Source of the DNA: Oligoflexales bacterium
GTDB lineage: Bacteria > Bdellovibrionota_B > Oligoflexia > Oligoflexales > JAPPIL01
Reading direction: 5' to 3'
Assembly: GCA_965215515.1 (NCBI GenBank)
Contig: OZ244057.1
Span: forward strand, 128,001 to 192,000
Length of the DNA: 64,000 nucleotides
Position 1 is the first letter of the stretch; each line of letters begins with the position of its first letter. A program made the translations under genes and the position numbers. The notes under the pieces are model-generated. The model saw only the letters and a list, made by a program, of their open reading frames with translations, did not search any database and had not been told where the DNA came from. Positions 9,515 to 16,663 of this stretch are shown here, piece after piece.

Positions 9515-9751
9515 TCATGCCGCCCCTCTTGAGAAATGCGGCTGTGCCATACACCCTTGCTTCAGTCTGGCAAGCGCATCTTTGATCATCCTGTCCGCTT
9601 CGTCCCAAGTTACCCCTAGCAATCTCGCAATCTCGAAAATCGAACAGTCATGCCAGAACCTCAACATCACCGCTTGCCGCTGTTTTTGCTTCAGCTTCCG
9701 CGACAGCGAGCGGGCGATAACCCGATCCTCCATCGAAAATTTTGCCACCAT
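9515..9751 (-). CDS. Sigma70 region-4 HTH-only protein (78 aa)
   Basis: GGAGG RBS and ATG 9751; LKQKQRQAVMLRFWHDCSIFEIARLLGVT...ALARLK; no region 2. Confidence 0.7.
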   Translation of the reverse strand: MVAKFSMEDRVIARSLSRKLKQKQRQAVMLRFWHDCSIFEIARLLGVTWDEADRMIKDALARLKQGCMAQPHFSRGAA

Positions 9752-9805
9752 GTCACACCTCCAAAGTTGGCGATTAAAGAAAACTTCCCCCCCACTAAGG
9801 CAGAA

Positions 9806-9835
9806 AAACGCAACCAAACGCGACCAAATGCAGCC
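9806..9835. promoter_or_regulatory. Three imperfect 10-bp direct repeats upstream of the tra operon
   Basis: AAACGCAACC AAACGCGACC AAATGCAGCC, intergenic between the two sigma70-r4 genes. Confidence 0.45.
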
Positions 9836-9868
9836 TAAGACCCAAATATTACAGGGTTTTTCACGTGC

Positions 9869-10339
9869 TCAAGCGGCCATCATTTTTTTGACGTGCATAA
9901 CCTGTTTCATCAGCGAACTACTCGTCAAACATGCCCGCAACTTCAACAAGGATGTCCTCATGTTTTTACGCACCGACTGTTCGGTAATCCCCATGCTTAC
10001 CGCTATTTCAGCAACTGTTTTGCCACCCCAGTAGTGGCTAACAATGACCTCCCTCTGTCTTGGTGAAAGTGTATGGATAGATGCCTTGAGAGCAAACTTA
10101 AGCAAGCGAAACTTCTTTTTGCTGGACATAGAAAGAAGCATCCCAGCATATTCTTCGGTCGAAAAGGTGTCCATTTCAGCGGGCGAAAGAACAACTTCCT
10201 CTCGCCTACCCACCTCCAGCGTAGAAAGGTATGCCTCCCACACTCCTGGCGGCCATTGCTGGCCTGCCTTCCGTATTTTGGCATCGCTTTTAATGCTGCC
10301 ATCCTTGTTCAGCCATGGTTTCAGTTGTGATTTACGCAT
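9869..10339 (-). CDS. Sigma70 region-4 domain protein (156 aa)
   Basis: LSPRQREVIVSHYWGGKTVAEIAVSMGITEQSVRKNMRTSLLKLR; RBS before ATG 10339. Confidence 0.75.
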   Translation of the reverse strand: MRKSQLKPWLNKDGSIKSDAKIRKAGQQWPPGVWEAYLSTLEVGRREEVVLSPAEMDTFSTEEYAGMLLSMSSKKKFRLLKFALKASIHTLSPRQREVIVSHYWGGKTVAEIAVSMGITEQSVRKNMRTSLLKLRACLTSSSLMKQVMHVKKMMAA

Positions 10340-10820
10340 GTCGATCTCTCCCCTAGTTGATTGTTGCACTCCAAGCCGCGGCTATCCTCTTAAACCACCG
10401 TTGCTTCTGTAGCTCCGCCGAAACTGGCGATTAATACGTCCTCCTATGATGTTAAATACAGCCCTAGTATCCTTGATAAAGTGTCCAAAATAGACTGATA
10501 CAAGACCGCGCATCAGCGGTCTAGCCTTCTGCTTCCTGTTGAACACAGCCCTATAGGGCTTGTGGCGGCATGCTAGCCAGACGAGGGAGCAGAAACAGAA
10601 AATAATCCTTATTATCTGCCTAGTTAGCAAAAAAGGGGTGGCAATACCTATGAGCATCGTCTATATTCCGTACATGATGGGTGCTCCTGTGAGCAGCAGT
10701 TTCTTGGTAACAAATAGTATACCTTTATTAAATTTCTTACGAGACTATATGCTACTCTTAAATTAATCGCCAAGAAAAATTTGGAATTTTTTTGAAAAAT
10801 TTTTTCGAGGAATGTAACAT

Positions 10821-11360
10821 ATGAACATGACAGCTGAATTAATGCTAGGCTTCGGGCGCACACTCAAGGCAGTTAGGGCGAGAGAGGGGTTGACCCAGAA
10901 AAAACTAGCTACTGCTATGGGTATTAGTGAGGGTTATCTGAAGCGTCTTGAACGTGGCAAGCTGGAGCTTATCGGCCCCAACGGGGTGTCGATAAGTCTA
11001 CTGGCAAAGCTGGCGGAATTCCTTAGCACTCATCCCGCGACACTATTTGCTGAGGTCATATCTAACACTGGCATCACCCAGAGGGACGACCGATCAAGAG
11101 AGCTAGACAAAGCCCTAACCTCTATCTCAAGCGCGGGTCTTGATGCCCTGCTCGCCTCTAAATCTAGGAGGAAAAAAACGCCGTTCGGCAACAATGTAAC
11201 TTGGAATTTGGAGATGGCGGCGGCTATGTCTCGCTTGCCAGACAAGGAGAGAGCCAGAATCGGGCTAGAAATTTTGCGGGGGATGGTCAACAACGGTCTC
11301 GTGAAGCAAAAGGATGTTGATTCAGATATGAAGAAGCTATTTGCCTTCTCTTCGCTGTAG
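10821..11360 (+). CDS. XRE-family HTH transcriptional regulator with a helical C-terminal domain
   Basis: LKAVRAREGLTQKKLATAMGISEGYLKRLERG; divergent from the tra genes. Confidence 0.9.
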   Translation: MNMTAELMLGFGRTLKAVRAREGLTQKKLATAMGISEGYLKRLERGKLELIGPNGVSISLLAKLAEFLSTHPATLFAEVISNTGITQRDDRSRELDKALTSISSAGLDALLASKSRRKKTPFGNNVTWNLEMAAAMSRLPDKERARIGLEILRGMVNNGLVKQKDVDSDMKKLFAFSSL

Positions 11361-11446
11361 CTTCAGGAGGGATCGCAAATGTGCCAAAGCGAGATGCGGA
11401 CGGAGAAGCTGTTTCCCCGTCGCAACATCTGATTAGTTCTGTGTAT

Positions 11447-11671
11447 TTAGTTAGCTACTGGAGTGAATACATCGCCATGTCCACCAGCTGTGGAGATAAC
11501 CTCACGTGGTTTAGAGAACACACCCCCATGTCCTTTGGGAGATGGAGCAAACACGTCTCCACCACCACCAGATATGGAAGTAATGTCACGTGGTTTAGAG
11601 AACACGTCTCCACCACCGGCCAAAGCCGCTGATCCTAGAGCCAAACAAGCCAATACTACCAAGATTTTCAC
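11447..11671 (-). CDS. Secreted 74-aa repeat peptide (candidate signalling-peptide precursor)
   Basis: AAGGAG RBS and GTG start; 18-aa signal peptide ending ALA, then exactly two 28-aa units holding four GGDVF-like cores. Confidence 0.8.
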   Translation of the reverse strand: MKILVVLACLALGSAALAGGGDVFSKPRDITSISGGGGDVFAPSPKGHGGVFSKPREVISTAGGHGDVFTPVAN

Positions 11672-11673
11672 AA

Positions 11674-12240
11674 CTAGCTCTCCTTTTCTCGTTCTACAAG
11701 ATCTATCTGGAACAACGTAGACATTCTAACATGACACACATCGTCTTGGCCAACAAGTTTTCCTGCGGATAACATCATTTCGGTTGCCTTGATAAGCATA
11801 TCCTTGGCTTTTAGGGCAATGCTAGTGGGTATGATACCAGAGGTGGCGTGCCCACCTGATATATTGTCTACACCTTGCTGTTCCGCAAGGTGGGCGATAT
11901 ATCTGGCCTTCAATGCTGCCACTTCGATTTTCTCCAGCTTTGATAAACCACTCGATCGCAATACACCCCGAATCGGCCTCAAACCAGAAGGTAAGCTTGG
12001 ATCTTCAATCGCTGCTCCATCTGCCAGAAACGCATCGCTGATCATCTTAAAGAGAGTTTCCTCAAGGATCTCTCCGACGCTAGTTTTAACTCCTGCATCG
12101 ATTTTTCTTCCCGCCCCGACATTTATCCAGCATTCAGTCACCTCGACGGGGTACTGCATGTAAACGCGGTAGGTCTTCGGTGTGTCCTCTGCTGTGATGC
12201 GGAACTGTTCAGTCCCCAAGTTCGCCGCTACTGTTGACAT
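11674..12240 (-). CDS. Hypothetical cytoplasmic protein, weakly DUF4423 (TIGR02147 C-terminal domain)-like
   Basis: AGGAGG RBS; stop 2 nt before the peptide start; C-terminal pattern AEQQ...ISGG...KAKDML...DDVCHVRMSTLFQI. The family call is tentative. Confidence 0.6.
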   Translation of the reverse strand: MSTVAANLGTEQFRITAEDTPKTYRVYMQYPVEVTECWINVGAGRKIDAGVKTSVGEILEETLFKMISDAFLADGAAIEDPSLPSGLRPIRGVLRSSGLSKLEKIEVAALKARYIAHLAEQQGVDNISGGHATSGIIPTSIALKAKDMLIKATEMMLSAGKLVGQDDVCHVRMSTLFQIDLVEREKES

Positions 12241-12300
12241 GGTAGCCTCCTATGTTGCCTTATACGCCCGCTCCCATGTCTCACCCATTAGCTTAAAGAC

Positions 12301-12329
12301 ACGCTACTAACTGCACATCCACACGTCAA
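12301..12329 (-). promoter_or_regulatory. Putative sigma70 promoter of the 188-aa protein / peptide operon
   Basis: Minus strand TTGACG-17 nt-TAGCGT, about 60 nt upstream of ATG 12240. Confidence 0.55.
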
Positions 12330-12806
12330 GCATTAATTTCAATGCGATACTGTCTGCTGATGACATAGATACCAAGAAATGTGTGTAGGTGGTGTCATGA
12401 CCTTATGTTGTCTAATAGTAAACGCATGATATTTATCTTTTATATTAATATGTTGTGCTAAAAGACAATAACGAGACACGCCAGATGCCTAGATAGGTTA
12501 AGAAATATGGTGGACGAAGGGAGAGCTAGCACTGCTCAAACGCGGCCTAAAGCGGCGCAGGGCGTGCTTGCTCGGTGCACGCTCAAAGGTAAGCTGCGGG
12601 TGTTTTGTGTGGCTAGCGGCTTTGGTGTTAGCGGTTGATACAGCGATTGCGTTCTCCGCTTTTGACATGATCAACCCGTGACAGGCATTGTGAGCTAGAA
12701 CAAGTAGCTTTCTTGCTCTTGATAAGTGCAATACGACGAGGTAAATTACTTTGTCGGTGAGCGAGGTATGCTTGCCGTAATTTTTATCATAGCAAGGAAT
12801 TTGTGA

Positions 12807-14468
12807 GTGAAAAATTTACTAGAAAAGCTACGACAACTGTCGAATGTCCCTGAAGTTGGGACGGATGAATTTAAAGAGTGGCTAGAGCAAAACAACGATG
12901 CCATGAAGTTCTTATATCAGAACGCAGAAGATGATTGGTGCGTGGTCTATTTGGGGCTGGATAAAGTGTTTATCCACGGTGTGCTCGTCCCTGAACAGGC
13001 ACTTAAGCCACTAGACACCGACGATCTTTTGAAGTGGCAGTATAACCCCTATCATAGCTGGCGTGTAACCTCGTGTAACTCGGACACATGGATTGAAGCA
13101 CCGTTGGCTGATTCTGGCAGTAAAACGTTGGCAAAGGGAGAGCAACTTGTATTTATACGATATTCCGAAGAAGTTGCGGATAACCAGAGATGTGTAGAAA
13201 TATCACAAAAATTTACCCACTCGATGGATCTTCACTACAGACCTGACCAAAAAGCATGGTTCATGCCAGATAAAAACGGCGATGTTAAACCGTTCATTAG
13301 GATAGTGGAAATACTAGAAGAGAAGAAAAAGAGGAATGGGCTTGTAGTCCTATTTGATCGAAATCTTCTCTCAGCATACGCGGCTTTAACTAGCTCTGTT
13401 TTGGTGCGGATGTTTGACTTTCCAGCGTACTTTAAGGCCATGAAGTTTCCTCACATGTACCACCAAATTAGCCGAGGGATGGTTGGTGATTTTTACAGAG
13501 GGGTTCAACTTCTGAAATCTGCTATGTCCAAGAAAGAAGCTGCTGAAACTGTAGGGATTAATTTCATTGGAGAAAAAAATTACGAGACCTTCACCGTCCT
13601 AGAGTGGCAAAACAAGAGAATTGTGGAAATGTCATGCTCACCAGATACGTATAAGCTTTTACCCGCATTTTTCCGCCAAGAGGTTTTGGCAAGATATAAA
13701 TCTGACCAAACTAAATATAGTTTTAACGAGTATGATGTTGATGGTACCCCTTACTGTATCAACGATAATGGTCAGGTTTGTGTTTGGTTAGTTGATTTAG
13801 GAAAGATGCCCTACAAAGAACAGCAGCACTGGAAATTGTATAACGAAGAACCGCGGCCTACTATTACAGACCTTGATCAAGAGCCAGAACAGATTCTTGA
13901 AAGTGTGCTAAACAAGGGATTTTTTGAAGCCCAGATCAAGGGGAGTTGGGACTATTCACGGAGATCACTTAGTGATCTCAAGGAGACACTGCAAAAGTTA
14001 CACGAATCAAAGTGTTCGTGGTGGAGGACAGGTTCGCTAGATCGTATCCATCAAATAAATTATCCCATCGTAAAATCTTTGAACGACTCAGCAGACTGGG
14101 AGCGAGAAATTTTATCACTGAACCGACTTGTTATTGAGGGCTTGCAAGATAGTTGGCTAAAATCCAAACTTAAGGCTATAGGGCAAGATGTTAGGGGAGT
14201 GAATGGGTCGTTGAACTTTCTTGAAGAATGTTTGGTGGCACTAGGCTATAAAGATGCCAGTGAAGTTCTTGCCCCTCTGCGAGAGCTTAAGAAATTGCGA
14301 AACAAGACTTCACCAGCGCACGAGCAACTTGAGGAAAAAGACAAGCAAGAAGAGAAGGAACTTAAGGCAGAAGCTCTTGAGAAGTATGGTAGCTACTGGA
14401 AGCACTATGACTACTTAGTGGGGGCTTGCAACAAAGCATTTAAAAATCTCAAAGAAGTTTTTGGGTAA
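12807..14468 (+). CDS. Hypothetical 553-aa protein with a possible C-terminal HEPN-like motif
   Basis: Long ORF; LRNKTSPAH (R-x6-H) in a helical C-terminal region; island context. Confidence 0.6.
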   Translation: MKNLLEKLRQLSNVPEVGTDEFKEWLEQNNDAMKFLYQNAEDDWCVVYLGLDKVFIHGVLVPEQALKPLDTDDLLKWQYNPYHSWRVTSCNSDTWIEAPLADSGSKTLAKGEQLVFIRYSEEVADNQRCVEISQKFTHSMDLHYRPDQKAWFMPDKNGDVKPFIRIVEILEEKKKRNGLVVLFDRNLLSAYAALTSSVLVRMFDFPAYFKAMKFPHMYHQISRGMVGDFYRGVQLLKSAMSKKEAAETVGINFIGEKNYETFTVLEWQNKRIVEMSCSPDTYKLLPAFFRQEVLARYKSDQTKYSFNEYDVDGTPYCINDNGQVCVWLVDLGKMPYKEQQHWKLYNEEPRPTITDLDQEPEQILESVLNKGFFEAQIKGSWDYSRRSLSDLKETLQKLHESKCSWWRTGSLDRIHQINYPIVKSLNDSADWEREILSLNRLVIEGLQDSWLKSKLKAIGQDVRGVNGSLNFLEECLVALGYKDASEVLAPLRELKKLRNKTSPAHEQLEEKDKQEEKELKAEALEKYGSYWKHYDYLVGACNKAFKNLKEVFG

Positions 14469-14527
14469 GAAAGAATTAGTTTGAAATGATTATTCAGATG
14501 GAAAGATTATCATGTCTTGCTTCTGCC

Positions 14528-16663
14528 TCAACGCTTCTTCTCTGTGTCGTAGCAATTTTCGTTTATCTCTTTAATGAATCTCGACGGTTTATCTAGGACA
14601 CCATCATAACTGTAAACATAAGCTGGCATAGTGATAAAAAGGTTTTCTTTTGCTCTGCTTGCGGCAACATAGAAAACCCGTCGCTCTTCTTCCAGTTCTG
14701 CAAATGAATTCAACGATTTTGTGGAAGGGATCATACCGTCGAGGGCATGTGGAATAAATACAGTGTGCCACTCCAAACCTTTGGCTGAGTGAATGGTCGA
14801 AATAGTCACGCCTTTCTCCTCTTCTCCTTCTTGTGGTACGTTCTTATCTTGCCAGCGGTTGGGAGGTTCTAAGGCAAAATCTGACAAGAATTTTTCCAAA
14901 TTGTCGTATTTGGAAGCGATATCAGTTAGCACCTTGACATCTTTAAGACTGTCCTTGTATTTATCAGATTCAACCTGTTTAAGCAGGCTACGGTAGAACT
15001 TCAAAATATCTTTTATCAGTTGGGATGGAGGAGTCTCTATATCTGCTTTTCTGTAAAATTTCTCGTATTTTTTTATCTCTGTATAATAATTCCTGTCTTT
15101 AAATGTGCTGAAGTCTACCAATCCCCTATTTGCTTTTATTGCTTCAACAATTTCACTGGCTCTAACATCTCCTATACCACCAACGAGCTTCAAAACTCGG
15201 TGCCAAGCTACTGCATCAATCGGGTTAAGTAAAATTTTCAAAAATGCTATAACATCACGGATATGTCTTCTCTCGTTAAATTTTATCCCTCCCACCACTA
15301 TGTAAGGGATACCCCGCTTCACAAACTCTGCTTCCACGCTATCCGATTGTCTACTATTTCGTGTTAATACTGCAAAATCAGAATAATATAGATCATTAGC
15401 CCTGATACTTATGATGCTATCTGCTATAAAATCCGCTTCTGTCACGTCATCTGCAAAATTTTTAATGACAGGTTTTTTGCCTGTGTATCTTCTGGTATAT
15501 AATTTCTTTTTGAAACCTATCTGGGCGTTTGAAACTATCTCATTAGTGAAGTCTAGAATCTTTTGTCCGCTTCTGTAGTTTTGTTCAACTTTCACAACTT
15601 CACAGTCAGGAAAGTACTGCGGAAATCGTAAGATATTCTCGTAGTTTGCACCCCGAAAAGAATAGATGCTCTGTGCATCATCTCCGACTACTGTGATCGT
15701 CTTTTTATCTCCGATCAAAAGCTCAGATACCTCTCTTTGTATGTTGTTCGTATCTTGATATTCATCTACAAGCACATATTTCACATCCCTATATATTTTT
15801 TTTCTAAATAACTCATTATCTCTCATAGAATCTTGCAAGACATCCATCAGGTCATCGTAATCAAAAATATTTTGTTTTTTCTTGTATACTTGGAACTCAT
15901 TATTCAGTTGAGTTATCTCACTTATAAAATATTTGTATTTGAAAAAATATTTACATACAACTTTATTTATGGAAATTTGCATGTTTCTAGACTTAGAAAT
16001 AATCTCTCGCAGCGTTTTTTTTGGTGGAAATGGTTTGCTTCTCTTTTTGAATTCACATTCATCTTTAATCATGGAGAGGGTGTCTTCTGCATCCTTTGCG
16101 TCCATTATGGTAAAGTTAGGTCGAATTCCAGCTAGCATACCATATTTACGAAGAGTATAGTTGGCAAAGGAATGAAAAGTTCCTCCCAACACATTATTAG
16201 ATCTTTTACCTAACAACATATTGACTCTATTTAGCATCTCGTCTGCCGCCTTACTAGTGAAAGTTAGCAACAATATGTTGTTGGCTGGTACTCCGTTTTC
16301 AATCAGATAAGCAACTTTATATACAATAACTCTTGTTTTTCCACTCCCAGCACCAGCTATAACCAGACATGGCTTTTCCATCAAAGAAACCGCGGCAAGT
16401 TGTTCTCGATTTAACTCATGTTTGTAGTCAATTTTGTAGCTACTTTTTCTCCTGAAAGCACGACTAGACATTTTTCTACTGTCCAGCTTAGCACATACCT
16501 TTTGCAAATCCCTTATACGGTTCTTATCTTCTCTTTTTGCTTTTACTTGGTCGTAATCGCAACTTTCCAGTATGTTTTTTAAATCAAGGTCACATTGGTA
16601 ATCTAACAAATCCGCTATCGTATCATTCCATTCTCTGTGCTTCAAAACAAACTCCTCATTCAT
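14528..16663 (-). CDS. UvrD/Rep/PcrA-family SF1 helicase
   Basis: AGAGSGKT, TFHS, VDEYQD, VGDDAQSIYSFRGA, NYRS, TIHSAKGLEW, EERRVFYVAASRA. Confidence 0.95.
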   Translation of the reverse strand: MNEEFVLKHREWNDTIADLLDYQCDLDLKNILESCDYDQVKAKREDKNRIRDLQKVCAKLDSRKMSSRAFRRKSSYKIDYKHELNREQLAAVSLMEKPCLVIAGAGSGKTRVIVYKVAYLIENGVPANNILLLTFTSKAADEMLNRVNMLLGKRSNNVLGGTFHSFANYTLRKYGMLAGIRPNFTIMDAKDAEDTLSMIKDECEFKKRSKPFPPKKTLREIISKSRNMQISINKVVCKYFFKYKYFISEITQLNNEFQVYKKKQNIFDYDDLMDVLQDSMRDNELFRKKIYRDVKYVLVDEYQDTNNIQREVSELLIGDKKTITVVGDDAQSIYSFRGANYENILRFPQYFPDCEVVKVEQNYRSGQKILDFTNEIVSNAQIGFKKKLYTRRYTGKKPVIKNFADDVTEADFIADSIISIRANDLYYSDFAVLTRNSRQSDSVEAEFVKRGIPYIVVGGIKFNERRHIRDVIAFLKILLNPIDAVAWHRVLKLVGGIGDVRASEIVEAIKANRGLVDFSTFKDRNYYTEIKKYEKFYRKADIETPPSQLIKDILKFYRSLLKQVESDKYKDSLKDVKVLTDIASKYDNLEKFLSDFALEPPNRWQDKNVPQEGEEEKGVTISTIHSAKGLEWHTVFIPHALDGMIPSTKSLNSFAELEEERRVFYVAASRAKENLFITMPAYVYSYDGVLDKPSRFIKEINENCYDTEKKR

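Noticed and set aside
11381..11720. Plus-strand ORFs and DNA repeats as a mini CRISPR array
   Set aside because: The repeats are in-frame coding repeats of the minus-strand peptide; there is no repeat-spacer array and no cas gene.
11447..12240. RiPP biosynthetic cluster
   Set aside because: No recognisable modifying enzyme, RRE or transporter, and the leader is a Sec-type signal peptide.
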